A DNA stretch of 64,000 nucleotides from a virus (Duplodnaviria > Caudoviricetes): the IMG/VR virus record IMGVR_UViG_3300001765_000027, positions 1 to 64,000 of that record; one strand, given 5' to 3'. Below the pieces are notes generated by a model, which was not told the DNA's origin, did no database searches, and worked only from the letters and a program-made list of their open reading frames with translations. How positions within the stretch are numbered: the first letter of the stretch is position 1; every line of letters begins with the position of its first letter. Made by a program: the position numbers and the translations under genes. Below, in pieces: positions 1-10,202 of the stretch.

Positions 1-9
1 AATGGCGCG

Positions 10-627
10 TTGATGCTTACTGTCGATAACGCCAGTGAGTCTACGGATACCGCCGCTCAATTGTCTGTTCGACTTGATGGCACTACGCTAACCAAAGGCC
101 CCGGCGGTCTTAAGCTAAGCGCTCCGTGGCAGCTAGCAATCACCGACAATACGGCAGCTATCGCACAAGAGACTATTGATCGTGGTATTTCGGAAGGCGT
201 ATTGGTAGGTCGCCTAGACAACCACGATACTGATATTCTCCTACTGCAAGATACCGTTAATAACTTCGCTCATGTCAAGAAGAACGGTACAGTAGCTGGC
301 GGGGCCACTGGAGTTATAGACCATCAGCTTCTTGATAACGTGTATGTTGTCAATTATCTGGTATACGTCCGTGATACTACCAATGGTCGTGTAACGGTAA
401 TGGAGATTCTGGCAACCCATAACGGTACTGAAACTACTGCCGCTACCCAGTGTGACTTCACTAGTTTTGCTAAGCTGAAAGTTGGCGGCACCTTGGCAGG
501 CCTATCGGTGTCCGTAGCTTTGGTGGGTAGTACTTTGGGCGCTCAGCATCTTGACGTTGTAATCGGCGCAACTAACAACATTGTTACCCGCATTGTTGGT
601 AAGTTTGTTGAGACTGAGTACGCATAA
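10..627 (+). CDS. virion/tail-associated protein, probably 5'-truncated by the window edge
   Basis: Thr/Gly-rich beta-type ORF directly upstream of tail fibre genes; stop overlaps next ATG. Confidence 0.5.
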   Translation: MMLTVDNASESTDTAAQLSVRLDGTTLTKGPGGLKLSAPWQLAITDNTAAIAQETIDRGISEGVLVGRLDNHDTDILLLQDTVNNFAHVKKNGTVAGGATGVIDHQLLDNVYVVNYLVYVRDTTNGRVTVMEILATHNGTETTAATQCDFTSFAKLKVGGTLAGLSVSVALVGSTLGAQHLDVVIGATNNIVTRIVGKFVETEYA

Positions 628-908
628 TGTTTGTACTACAGGATGCCTTTGAGGTTGATGGCCTCCTGCTGGGAGGGGTGGCGGCTATATTCACCGCTAC
701 CTCTACCCCACAAACAAATGACTATCCTGAGGCTCCTGTGGGGTCTCAGTGCATAGTGCCTGAGGAAGGTGTATATACAAAATACTCAGACGGCACATGG
801 AGACGGTCAGTTGATTCAGCAGTAGAGCTTGAAGAACTCGTGCTATACCGTAACGGGGAGCCTGAGTGCTGCTTCTTTGCGGATAGTGTTGCCAAAGTGA
901 GGGTATGA
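627..908 (+). CDS. hypothetical tail-module protein
   Basis: Overlaps both neighbouring ORFs (translational coupling). Confidence 0.5.
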   Translation: MFVLQDAFEVDGLLLGGVAAIFTATSTPQTNDYPEAPVGSQCIVPEEGVYTKYSDGTWRRSVDSAVELEELVLYRNGEPECCFFADSVAKVRV

Positions 909-2971
909 TGCTCCATCAAAATGCGCCTTTAGGTCAGATTCACGTTCCTTATAACTGGAAGTTCGCAGATGCGGCAACGCGTTTAGCCTACACGTTTGTT
1001 CCTGCGGATGCTGGTAAGTTTGCATTGCAAGATAGCGATGCCTCTCTGTGGCTAGTAACAGATGCCTTGAATACCACCCGCATGAGTGGAATGCCTACGG
1101 CTGGTGACGTTGGGGCAGAGCCTGCCGGTGCGGTAGCTGCTCATGAGGCGTTGCTTGATCCCCACCCACAATACACGACGGCAGGGGAAGTAACTACTAT
1201 TGTTGAGTGGCCTATCGCCCAGCATACTGCTTTGCCTAACCCGCACAATACCGGAATCTCAAATATTGCTGGACTACAAACAGCTTTGGATGGAAAAGCG
1301 CCAACATCACATTTCCATAACCAAAGTGAAGTAACTGGGTTAGTAGCCGCTCTTGGTACAAAAGCAAACGCCACTGACGTATATACCAAAGCACAGGTTG
1401 ATACTTCGTTATCCACTAAGGCCAATGTGGGCGCATCCTACACTAAGGCTGAAGAGGATGTATTGTTAGGCGGAAAAACAGATACAGGGCATTTGCACAC
1501 AATTGCAAATGTAACCGGACTCCAAACGTCACTTGACGCGAAGGCCAATGCCTCTGAGGTATATACCCAGACGCAAACAGACACTCTACTAGGTACGAAG
1601 GCGAACACCTCCCATACCCATTCAATTGCCAATGTCACAGGTCTTCAAACGGCTCTTGATGGTAAGACAGATACTGGTCACGGTCATGCAATTACTGATG
1701 TAACCAACCTGCAAACAACTCTTGATGGGAAGGCGAATACGGCTGATGTCTATACACAGACTCAAGTCAATACCGCGCTGGCATTAAAGGCAGATGCGAC
1801 GGCTGTATATACAAAGAGTGAGACGGACACCCGTATTCAAGCAGTGATTGATTTGGCTCCTGCTGCTCTGGATACCTTGAATGAAATCGCGGCTGCATTG
1901 GGAGATGATCCGAACTTTGCCACCACGATGACCACGCAGTTTGGTTTGAAGGCAGACAAGTCGGATACCTATACCAAAGCTCAAGTAGATACAAGTCTTG
2001 CTGGTAAGGCTGACTCATCACACGTGCATTCAATTGCAAATGTGACTAACCTACAAACGTCATTGGATGCCAAGGCAAATCAGGCTACGACTTATACCAA
2101 GCCAGAAGTTGATACAGCACTGACAGCCAAGGCAAACCAAGCAACTACCTATACCAAAACGGAGGTAGATACTGCTCTGTCTGGTAAGGCTGCTACGGTG
2201 CATACTCACACCATTGCAAACGTAACGGGTCTCCAGACAGCCTTGGACGGTAAAGCAGCAACTGCCCACTCCCATGCAATTGCTGATACCACCGGACTAC
2301 AAACTGCCCTAGACGGCAAGGCAGCTACGAGCCATGTGCATACAATTGCAAACGTCACAGGCTTGCAAACTGCTCTGGATGGAAAGACCAATACAGGCCA
2401 CACGCATACTCCAGCAGAGGCAGGAGCAGACCCAGTAGGTACGGCAGCGGCGGCTGTAGCAGCACACGTAGCCGCAGCAGACCCTCACCCTACTTACCTG
2501 ACCCAAGCTGAAGGTGATGCAAGGTATGCTCAGTCAAGTGGGGAGTTGGCCGTATTAGCTTCTAACTTTACTACGACCTCCAACACCCTTCAAAGCACTG
2601 GTCTTGCTGTAGCACTTGCAGCTAATACACACTATGAGATTGATGGATTTTTCATTTGCCAATCGTCAGCTACCAATAACGGTCTTGGTGTGGGATTCAA
2701 TGGCCCTGCTGGGTACCTCCATGCCGCGTTTAGCATGACTGTGCCCACCTCAGCCACTGCTGCTATTACGATGAATAGTGAGGGGTACTTGGATAGCTTG
2801 TCTTCAACTTCTTCGATGGCAGCGAACACAGACTTCTTAGTACAGGTAAAAGGTATCGTAGTCACTGGGGCTACTGCCGGTAATCTCACTGCTTACCTAC
2901 GTTCTGAGTTGAGCGGTAGCACAGCGCGTATGATGGATCATTCAATGTTGAAGGCGAGGGAAGTAGCATGA
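905..2971 (+). CDS. long tail fibre protein with His-containing repeats
   Basis: Multiple HTH(T/S)IANVTGLQTALDGK and YTKxEVDTAL repeats, plus the common fibre motif APAALDTLNEIAAALGDDPNFATT and HxAAxDPHPxY motifs. Confidence 0.88.
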   Translation: MMLHQNAPLGQIHVPYNWKFADAATRLAYTFVPADAGKFALQDSDASLWLVTDALNTTRMSGMPTAGDVGAEPAGAVAAHEALLDPHPQYTTAGEVTTIVEWPIAQHTALPNPHNTGISNIAGLQTALDGKAPTSHFHNQSEVTGLVAALGTKANATDVYTKAQVDTSLSTKANVGASYTKAEEDVLLGGKTDTGHLHTIANVTGLQTSLDAKANASEVYTQTQTDTLLGTKANTSHTHSIANVTGLQTALDGKTDTGHGHAITDVTNLQTTLDGKANTADVYTQTQVNTALALKADATAVYTKSETDTRIQAVIDLAPAALDTLNEIAAALGDDPNFATTMTTQFGLKADKSDTYTKAQVDTSLAGKADSSHVHSIANVTNLQTSLDAKANQATTYTKPEVDTALTAKANQATTYTKTEVDTALSGKAATVHTHTIANVTGLQTALDGKAATAHSHAIADTTGLQTALDGKAATSHVHTIANVTGLQTALDGKTNTGHTHTPAEAGADPVGTAAAAVAAHVAAADPHPTYLTQAEGDARYAQSSGELAVLASNFTTTSNTLQSTGLAVALAANTHYEIDGFFICQSSATNNGLGVGFNGPAGYLHAAFSMTVPTSATAAITMNSEGYLDSLSSTSSMAANTDFLVQVKGIVVTGATAGNLTAYLRSELSGSTARMMDHSMLKAREVA

Positions 2972-3345
2972 AACTAGATAACATGCTGGCTCATATTGAT
3001 GCCAAGGCTGGTGCAGTACGTGGATGCTATATCACGATTGCCCCCGGACAGGAGGCTACGTACATTATGAAGGCTACTCAAGCAAGAGCGTTTTCGATGG
3101 CGGGTTTCGTTGGTATTATTCCCGGCCTTATACAAGCGGAGATGAGTGCTACTAACCAAGGGGCTGAAGTAGTTGTAGCCCGTATTCTTGGGGAGGAGGC
3201 ACAGTGGGCAAAGTTGGCAGGAGCTATAGAGAATATTCGTAGGTCTGCCAAACAATCGTTGCTGTCTTCTACTCTTGACGAAGCTGCCAAGGACGAAGTA
3301 TACGATCAGGCTATTAGACAACTAACTGCGTTGATGCCTAAATGA
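2968..3345 (+). CDS. putative tail fibre assembly protein
   Basis: Small helical ORF coupled to the fibre gene; ID..AG.VR..Y......Q...Y..K pattern common in post-fibre genes. Confidence 0.5.
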   Translation: MKLDNMLAHIDAKAGAVRGCYITIAPGQEATYIMKATQARAFSMAGFVGIIPGLIQAEMSATNQGAEVVVARILGEEAQWAKLAGAIENIRRSAKQSLLSSTLDEAAKDEVYDQAIRQLTALMPK

Positions 3346-3767
3346 GACTAGCTTTCTACAAGGGCCGTACTCGGCTATTCAATAGGGCCGTGTCTTGGTG
3401 GACGCATGGCCCGTACTCTCATACAGAGCTAATACTTGGCAATGAGATGGACGGCACTCTGGTATGTGCGTCATCTAGCTGTGTGGATGGAGGTGTGCGC
3501 TTTAAGAACATGGCGCTAGATGACAACCATTGGGATGTTATGGAAATACGCGGAGATTCCTTAGCTGCGTATAACTGGTTTATGGCTCATACAGGCTTAC
3601 CTTACGATGTTCTAGGCTTAGCTGGTTTTGTAGGTCGTAGAGGTCTTGACGATAAGAATAAATGGTTTTGTTCTGAGGCTTGCGCAGCCGCTTTAGGTAT
3701 GGAAGAGCCGTGGCGGTATGATCCTAATACGCTGTATGTAGTCGCTAAGCAGTTTTTGCAGATTTGA
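3342..3767 (+). CDS. permuted papain-like (YiiX/YaeF-type NlpC/P60) amidase
   Basis: YSHTEL His motif precedes KWFCSE Cys motif (permuted catalytic order). Confidence 0.7.
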   Translation: MRLAFYKGRTRLFNRAVSWWTHGPYSHTELILGNEMDGTLVCASSSCVDGGVRFKNMALDDNHWDVMEIRGDSLAAYNWFMAHTGLPYDVLGLAGFVGRRGLDDKNKWFCSEACAAALGMEEPWRYDPNTLYVVAKQFLQI

Positions 3768-3793
3768 AATCGATTGCAAACCGGAGGTAGCTC

Positions 3794-4285
3794 ATGGCTG
3801 ATCTAGGTAACATAGGCGTAGGTTCTACCTCTACAGGAAAAGCCGCCACCATAGTAGCTACTGGCGGGGTAAAGAAGATACGGGACATGCTTAGGTCTGT
3901 CCTATACGTAGGAGGCGCTACTAACCGTACTAGACACCACTCGTATGTAGTAAGCAACTCTGGGGTAATTAACCGCGCAATACTTGGTTTACGTAAGCTT
4001 CCAGACTACTTACCTGCCGGGGTTAGTACCTTATCAGCGGACTTAAGTGGTAGCATTTTTGGGGTAGTTAAAGTAGAGGGCGTAGCTACTGCCGGAAGAA
4101 TAGTTAGACTATATGCCAGACCGAATGGTAAACTGGTAAAAGAAACAGTGTCAGAGGTTAATGGAGAATTTACTGTAATAGACTTATACGTAGGTATGAC
4201 CTACTACGTTATTGCTTTAGACGATGACGGCGGCGCAGACTATAACGCTGTTATATTCGATAAACTTGTACCAACAGTTAGCTAA
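3794..4285 (+). CDS. virion beta-sandwich protein (paralogue of 7445..7864)
   Basis: C-terminal R.VRLY.R..G.LV.ETVS...G.F and ALDD.....YNA.I.DK.VP shared with 7445..7864. Confidence 0.6.
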   Translation: MADLGNIGVGSTSTGKAATIVATGGVKKIRDMLRSVLYVGGATNRTRHHSYVVSNSGVINRAILGLRKLPDYLPAGVSTLSADLSGSIFGVVKVEGVATAGRIVRLYARPNGKLVKETVSEVNGEFTVIDLYVGMTYYVIALDDDGGADYNAVIFDKLVPTVS

Positions 4286-4294
4286 GGAGTAGCC

Positions 4295-5449
4295 ATGACT
4301 AGTGTCAAAATATACCGTTCCTCTGACGTAGGGGCACCTGTACTAGGTAACATAGCAGGGTCGCTCATCGGAGTATTGGATGCCTGCTTGGTTAACGGCT
4401 TTGCTGACAGGCAGGTAACCAGCATATCTAGGATTGGCTCAGTGGCTACCGCTACACTAGCGGGTCATGGCTACCATAAATTCGATACTGTATTGGTATC
4501 CGGGGCCACGCAGACTGAGTATAACGGCACAGTGAAGGTAACAGAAGCTACTGCCGATACTTTCTCCTACGCTATAGTAGGTACGCCAACTACTCCGGCT
4601 ACAGGCACGATCAACGCTAAAAAACCCGGCGCTGGTTGGACTAAAGAATTTACCGGAACCAATAAAGCTGCTTATCGAATGGGGCCGGGATCGAACCTAC
4701 ATTACCTCCGCGTAGATGATACTGGACTAACATCGGCAGAATGTAGAGGCTACGAATCTATGAGTAGTGTCGACGCAGGCACTGCCGCATTCCCTACTAC
4801 AACGCAAATGAATGTTAGCTATTGGTGGAAGGCTGATGCAGCGGCGCGTGATTGGATGGTAATAGCGACAGATCGTATCCTTTACTATTGGCATGACTAC
4901 AGTAATACGCAATCCTCTAGGTATCTGTGGATGTTTGGTCAGATACGCGCATACAAAGCGGATGATGCTTTTGGTTCTGTTATGTTCTCCACTAACCAGC
5001 CAAACGCTAGCTATAGTTACTACTACCCTTGTACCGTAGAGTCGCATGTAGGCACCACTGGCAGCTTTAGGTTTTTGGCTAGGACATATAACCAGAGCGG
5101 TAGCTCTGTGCCCCTAGGGTTTATGGGAGACTACAGTAAAATGCGTGGTACGACGTACATAGGTCACGATTCACCTACGACCTATGGCATACAGTACCCT
5201 CACGGCCCTGACGCAGGATTGTACGTTACCCCACTGTACATTACCGAGAACCCCGGCACTCCTGTAATACGCGGGGAGATGCCCGGACTATGGTGCCCAC
5301 TACACTATGCCTCTGCTTTTAACCACGGTGATGTTTTCGGCGGCACAGGGGATATGGCAGGTAAGTACTTTATGATTGCGCACGTATTCACTACGTCTAG
5401 CCAAAAGGGCGCGTTTGCCATTGAGCTTTCGGATACTTGGGCTACTTAA
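4295..5449 (+). CDS. tail/receptor-binding protein paralogue 1 (extra inserted domain)
   Basis: Conserved YRSSD.GAP / SLI..LDACLVNG / GWTK...GTN.A.Y / RG..PG..W.P.H motifs shared with the next two ORFs. Confidence 0.65.
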   Translation: MTSVKIYRSSDVGAPVLGNIAGSLIGVLDACLVNGFADRQVTSISRIGSVATATLAGHGYHKFDTVLVSGATQTEYNGTVKVTEATADTFSYAIVGTPTTPATGTINAKKPGAGWTKEFTGTNKAAYRMGPGSNLHYLRVDDTGLTSAECRGYESMSSVDAGTAAFPTTTQMNVSYWWKADAAARDWMVIATDRILYYWHDYSNTQSSRYLWMFGQIRAYKADDAFGSVMFSTNQPNASYSYYYPCTVESHVGTTGSFRFLARTYNQSGSSVPLGFMGDYSKMRGTTYIGHDSPTTYGIQYPHGPDAGLYVTPLYITENPGTPVIRGEMPGLWCPLHYASAFNHGDVFGGTGDMAGKYFMIAHVFTTSSQKGAFAIELSDTWAT

Positions 5450-5459
5450 TAGGTGACGT

Positions 5460-6422
5460 ATGGCTAAGACAGTTCGTGTATTGCGCAGCACAGACGCTAG
5501 CGCCCCAGTTCTTACCGGTACTACTGGGTCGCTAATAGCGCTTCTTGATGCTTGCTTAGTGAATGGGTACGGTAGTTCTACGCCTCTTGGGTGGACTAAG
5601 CCGTATAGCGGCACAAACCTCGCGGCCTACCGTATGAGTACCGTAGAGGGCAGTGGAGCATATCTACGCGTTGATGACTCCTTAACCTCTACTAATGCTG
5701 TGTATACTAGGCTAGCTGGCTACACCACCATGACGGCTATATCTACTGGTTCTGATATGTTTCCAGTAATGGCAAACTACATGGGCTTGCGCAAGTCTAA
5801 TAGCGCAGATAGTGTAGCTAGGCCTTGGGTAGTGATAGGTGACGAAGCTAGGTTCTATCTGCTGATACAGAACGGAGACTCGGCGGGGGCTACTATATGG
5901 GATTGCTCTTTCTTTGGTGATATTGAATCTTACATAGCTAATGATGCCTACAAAGCTATGCTGGTTTGTAGGTATAGCACTAGTGGAACTTTCCCTACCT
6001 ATACTGATAACCAGATACACTACATGCAGCACTATACGTGGAATAGTGTATCGTCTAGGCAAATGGCTCGCAACCACGCGGGAGCCGCCACACCAATATA
6101 TGTGGGTGCGCACACAGACTCGTTTAAGTGCGGCGCTAGTAACTACAACGCATGGTATGCTGGAGCAGGCGGGTACTTAGCGTACCCTAACGTAGCTGGT
6201 AATAGCCTATTCATGGCCCCTGTATGGATACACCAAAGTACAACTACTCCGTATGTAGTTAGAGGTCACCAACCCGGAATGTGGTGCCCCGGCCATAATA
6301 GGCCTTTGGCTAATAACGAGACCTTTACTGGGTCTGGCGCTTTAGCAGGCAAGACTTTTGAAGCATTCCACTTACACTCCAGCGGCGAGATAATTCTAGA
6401 AACTTCTAATACGTGGGGCTAA
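5460..6422 (+). CDS. tail/receptor-binding protein paralogue 2
   Basis: Same N- and C-terminal motifs as 4295..5449. Confidence 0.65.
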   Translation: MAKTVRVLRSTDASAPVLTGTTGSLIALLDACLVNGYGSSTPLGWTKPYSGTNLAAYRMSTVEGSGAYLRVDDSLTSTNAVYTRLAGYTTMTAISTGSDMFPVMANYMGLRKSNSADSVARPWVVIGDEARFYLLIQNGDSAGATIWDCSFFGDIESYIANDAYKAMLVCRYSTSGTFPTYTDNQIHYMQHYTWNSVSSRQMARNHAGAATPIYVGAHTDSFKCGASNYNAWYAGAGGYLAYPNVAGNSLFMAPVWIHQSTTTPYVVRGHQPGMWCPGHNRPLANNETFTGSGALAGKTFEAFHLHSSGEIILETSNTWG

Positions 6423-6423
6423 T

Positions 6424-7440
6424 ATGACTGTACGAGTCTATCGATCTACTGACGTAGGCGCTCCGTCAATTGACCTATCCATAGGGTCAATAATAACGCT
6501 ATTGGATGCCTGCTTAGTTAATGGTTACGGAAGTAAGGCTGCTCTTGGCTGGACTAAGCAATTCTCCGGTACCAACAAGGCAGTATACTTGCAAGGTACT
6601 GGCGGTGCAGGTAACGCTCTTAGAGTAGTTGACGATGTAGTTAATCAGGTAGGTGGGGGAGTAACTACTGCATGTAAGCTGCATGGCGTACGTGGCGCAT
6701 TGACAGTAGATACCTACAAGGGTAGGTTTGGCGATAGCGTAGGCTGCTTCATCACGAAGCCGGAGACTACGGGAGGTGGAGGATGGGTTCTAATCGGTAA
6801 CGAATACTCGTTCTACCTATGCACTAAACGTGCTGGTTGGGGCAATGGATGGAGCATAGGCTATTTTGGTGATTGTTCCTCTTATGCTAGTGATCCCGCT
6901 ACTGATATAGGGAAGACTATATTCTCTTTCCCTACAGCGCAGACTACTGTAGGTAGTCCACCTCCGTCTAACTATGATGGGGTTATCGGCTTTATAAGCA
7001 GTGGCTCAGGTAACTCAGGCAGCCCCGGCACTAGACTAGCTGGTGACGTAGGCGGTATATATACAGACGCTAACGGGTACGGCGGGGTAATGATTAACTT
7101 CGCGCTAGCTATGGGGTACCTTAAAGACACTATACTGTACCCAAGTCGTGTAAGTAATGGGCTAGTATGCTCGCCAGTAATGGTAGTAATTCCTAGTAGC
7201 AGCGTACTAACTCAACCTGCTGGCTACCAAGGAGATACAGAAATACGTGGAGTTATCCCCGGAAGGTATATCCCACTGCACCACTCGTCTAAGTTTACCC
7301 CAGAGCCGCAAAAGCAGTTTACCTTTACCTCTGGGGAGATGGCGGGTAAGACTCTAGAAGCTTTTTACTCATGGGATTACTCTACCTCTGCGCAGGGTAA
7401 TACTAACTTAGTGCTATTAGAAGTATCAGATACTTGGTGA
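6424..7440 (+). CDS. tail/receptor-binding protein paralogue 3
   Basis: Same N- and C-terminal motifs as 4295..5449. Confidence 0.65.
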   Translation: MTVRVYRSTDVGAPSIDLSIGSIITLLDACLVNGYGSKAALGWTKQFSGTNKAVYLQGTGGAGNALRVVDDVVNQVGGGVTTACKLHGVRGALTVDTYKGRFGDSVGCFITKPETTGGGGWVLIGNEYSFYLCTKRAGWGNGWSIGYFGDCSSYASDPATDIGKTIFSFPTAQTTVGSPPPSNYDGVIGFISSGSGNSGSPGTRLAGDVGGIYTDANGYGGVMINFALAMGYLKDTILYPSRVSNGLVCSPVMVVIPSSSVLTQPAGYQGDTEIRGVIPGRYIPLHHSSKFTPEPQKQFTFTSGEMAGKTLEAFYSWDYSTSAQGNTNLVLLEVSDTW

Positions 7441-7444
7441 TGCT

Positions 7445-7864
7445 ATGCCTCAAGTCTACCCGCTGCAAAACGCACAGCGATACCTAGGTAATTCTCTAGC
7501 CGATGACACGACTGCTATATGTGTTTTGCAATCGATTGCAACTAGAGACAGCCAGCACGGCCTAGAGACTCGTGGGTTACTATTACCTTCTCCACAAAAG
7601 GTAGGAGGCTCTGCTTTACCGGGGCTAGTAGTTAACCACATTAGCGGTACCGTATCCGAAGGGTTATCGCCAGTAGCTAGGGTTGTAAGGGCGTACCGCC
7701 GTAGTGATGGTGCTTTGGTAGGTACTACAGTAAGTGTGGCCGGCACAGGGGCGTTTAGTATGCCTATCTACGGTACGCCTGAAGAGGTTACAGTGGTAGC
7801 TTTTGACGACGCCTCTGGCTTATCGTACAATGCTGCCATAGCTGATAAAGTGATACCCGCATAA
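7445..7864 (+). CDS. virion beta-sandwich protein (paralogue of 3794..4285)
   Basis: Shared C-terminal motifs with 3794..4285. Confidence 0.6.
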   Translation: MPQVYPLQNAQRYLGNSLADDTTAICVLQSIATRDSQHGLETRGLLLPSPQKVGGSALPGLVVNHISGTVSEGLSPVARVVRAYRRSDGALVGTTVSVAGTGAFSMPIYGTPEEVTVVAFDDASGLSYNAAIADKVIPA

Positions 7865-7880
7865 CTACTTTGGATAAATC

Positions 7881-8249
7881 ATGGCGCAACCTAACGATAC
7901 AGTATGGAATGGAGTAGACCGTAGGGATAGTGGAATTCCTGTGCACGATACGTCACCCATGCCAAAGACAGTAACTATAGAGATGGTGTACGGATTACTA
8001 CGTGACCATATCAAGCAGGAGCGTGAATGGCGCGACGATATATCGAAAGCTTTTCCGGTAGACCGGCATGGAGAGCCTGATTACTCAGGGCATGGTGATT
8101 ACCATACAAAGCTTATTGACCGCGCAGCAAAGGCTGAAGGTGCAAAAGAGCGGCTAATCGAAAAAGTAGCAGGAGGCTCTATATGGGCTTTACTAATTTT
8201 CATAGGCACAGCGGCACTAGCCTACCTGAAAGACCACATACTGAAATGA
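7881..8249 (+). CDS. membrane protein, holin/antiholin candidate
   Basis: Single C-terminal TM helix, WNGVDRR N-terminus, first gene of lysis region. Confidence 0.45.
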   Translation: MAQPNDTVWNGVDRRDSGIPVHDTSPMPKTVTIEMVYGLLRDHIKQEREWRDDISKAFPVDRHGEPDYSGHGDYHTKLIDRAAKAEGAKERLIEKVAGGSIWALLIFIGTAALAYLKDHILK

Positions 8250-8728
8250 AATACGTATGCTCTCATTTTTCTTTGCGCAGGGCACTACTTAGATGGGATA
8301 GCGTAACTGCTCTACTTACGCTAGCCATACTAGTTACCCTAACCCTTGGGTACAGAACCAAGTACCCGCCAGAGGTTCCTTTCCACGACATATATGCACA
8401 GGCTACCGCCTACAGAATAGATGATGTTACAGTCGTAGAGTACGACAGAACCTTCTCTGTAGATTATGACTTTACTGGAATAGTAACTAGGTTGGTGGAG
8501 TGTGAAGGTATTCGTACATTCGATATAGCTGGTATATCCCGCATATTTAAGCAGGGGCAGCACACGACACAACGCACCTTCTCTGTTCCGTTTAGGTACC
8601 CAGAGGATACTGAATGTAAACTACGCACATTCATAGCATGGCAACCGATGGGTTCATTTAGGGAATCTGTGCACGAGATAGTTGCAGTAGATTTCAAAGT
8701 TATAGTAGCACCAACCGAGAGGAAGTAA
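8246..8728 (+). CDS. membrane-anchored hypothetical protein
   Basis: ATG at 8246 overlaps upstream stop; N-terminal TM segment, soluble domain with a Cys pair. Confidence 0.5.
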   Translation: MKYVCSHFSLRRALLRWDSVTALLTLAILVTLTLGYRTKYPPEVPFHDIYAQATAYRIDDVTVVEYDRTFSVDYDFTGIVTRLVECEGIRTFDIAGISRIFKQGQHTTQRTFSVPFRYPEDTECKLRTFIAWQPMGSFRESVHEIVAVDFKVIVAPTERK

Positions 8729-8730
8729 AA

Positions 8731-9018
8731 ATGAAACGCATGTATCGTGACCTTATAGTTATAGCCATTCTACTAGGCATGGGTGGTTATTTGCTTTGGG
8801 TTGACTCCGCTAATATAGTGATTATACAGGCTTTGGTTATAGGTATGTTTATGGTGGCCGGTACCCACTTGACAAGGCGTTTGCTGCTACCGCAAATAGA
8901 TTTGCAATTGGTTGCAAATAAAGCATCGATAGAGCCTATCGGGGCAGCAATAGTATTCGCGGCTATCTTGCTGTTCCTTGTTTCGGTTATGTGGCTTGGC
9001 ATATCAGTGTTAAAGTAA
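8731..9018 (+). CDS. putative holin (3 TM)
   Basis: Three hydrophobic segments, upstream of endolysin. Confidence 0.55.
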   Translation: MKRMYRDLIVIAILLGMGGYLLWVDSANIVIIQALVIGMFMVAGTHLTRRLLLPQIDLQLVANKASIEPIGAAIVFAAILLFLVSVMWLGISVLK

Positions 9019-9206
9019 TGGAACGATATGCCTCCCGCAAGTTCATACTTGCGTTAATAACATTGCTAGTAAGTACATGGGTGCTATTTGAGCATCTATT
9101 AGATGCTTCTGCATTTAAGGCAATTGTTATCGGTACGGTAGGTGCTTACATTATGGGCAACGTGACACAGAAGGTAGTAGATAAGAAAGACCAAAGTGAC
9201 AGTTGA
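9018..9206 (+). CDS. putative holin (2 TM)
   Basis: SRKF N-terminus, two TM segments, charged C-tail, overlaps endolysin start. Confidence 0.55.
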   Translation: MERYASRKFILALITLLVSTWVLFEHLLDASAFKAIVIGTVGAYIMGNVTQKVVDKKDQSDS

Positions 9207-9819
9207 TCTACCACCAAACGCGCAGATACATTTACCCGTACTAGTAGCTGAGGTTAAGCAGTATTGGCCTACGGCTCCGTTGAAGTCTTCCTTTGCTGGT
9301 CAAGTGGAGCAAGAAACGTGTATATCGCTAAAGCACAAAAAGTGTTGGTCGCCTTATGCGGAGTTGAAAACGGCAAGGGAATACGGATTCGGGTTAGGCC
9401 AGATAACTGTGACTGCATCTTTCGACAACTTCAAAGGGGCCAGAAAGTTAGATTCTTCTCTGAAGGATTGGACATGGGGGAACAGATACAACGCACAGTA
9501 TCAGCTACGAACTTTAGTTTTGATGGATAGATTTAATTATGCAAAATTCAATTGGGCACTGGATAACCATGAACGAATGGCTTTTTCTCTTGCTGCCTAT
9601 AACGGCGGCATTGGGGGCGTACTGTCTGATCGTAGGGTATGTTCTACTGTCGAAGGATGCGATACGTCGAGATGGTTCGGCAACGTCGAACATACTTCCA
9701 AGAAATTAAAGAAACCTGTAAGCGGGTATGGTAAGAGCTTCTTTGAGATAAATAGGGAGTACGTATTCAATATACTGAATGTACGCCGCGCAAAATACGA
9801 GACCTACTTACATGATTAG
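9196..9819 (+). CDS. endolysin, lytic transglycosylase (SLT-like)
   Basis: Catalytic QVEQET, GLGQ, AAYNGG and INREYV motifs. Confidence 0.85.
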   Translation: MTVDLPPNAQIHLPVLVAEVKQYWPTAPLKSSFAGQVEQETCISLKHKKCWSPYAELKTAREYGFGLGQITVTASFDNFKGARKLDSSLKDWTWGNRYNAQYQLRTLVLMDRFNYAKFNWALDNHERMAFSLAAYNGGIGGVLSDRRVCSTVEGCDTSRWFGNVEHTSKKLKKPVSGYGKSFFEINREYVFNILNVRRAKYETYLHD

Positions 9820-10201
9820 CAAAGATCAGTTTAGCCACTACCTTATTGGTGATAGTGCTATAGATAACAGTCACTGGGCATTACTTACGTTACTGGACTC
9901 TATTGCGCAGATAACTAACAGAGAAGCGCTTGTACTAGCGTCAGAGTCAGTATTGGCTGATTGGGCGATGCACATGGTTTATGAAGAAATACTTATGCGT
10001 AAAGTGCGCTTTCCTTACGCGCATGTGCATGCTGAGGAACATAATAGGATGCTTGATAACCTACGAGACTTACACGAGGAAGCCCTAGTGAAGTCAGAAT
10101 ACACAGCTACTACTCACGCTAAGAGAATGCTTGATATGGTGCTTGCCCACATAGACCATTACGACATGCAGTTTCGTCCTTATCTAATCGGGGGTACATA
10201 A
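9812..10201 (+). CDS. bacteriohemerythrin-like di-iron protein
   Basis: Full ligand set: IDNSH, HMVYEE (HxxxE), HAEEH (HxxxH), HIDHYD (HxxxxD). Confidence 0.8.
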   Translation: MISKDQFSHYLIGDSAIDNSHWALLTLLDSIAQITNREALVLASESVLADWAMHMVYEEILMRKVRFPYAHVHAEEHNRMLDNLRDLHEEALVKSEYTATTHAKRMLDMVLAHIDHYDMQFRPYLIGGT

Positions 10202-10202
10202 T

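Noticed and set aside
1240-2410. DNA repeats within the tail fibre gene
   Set aside because: Explained by protein repeats; third codon positions vary
4295-7440. Diversity-generating retroelement acting on the tail paralogues
   Set aside because: No reverse transcriptase and no near-identical TR/VR pair differing at adenines seen in the window
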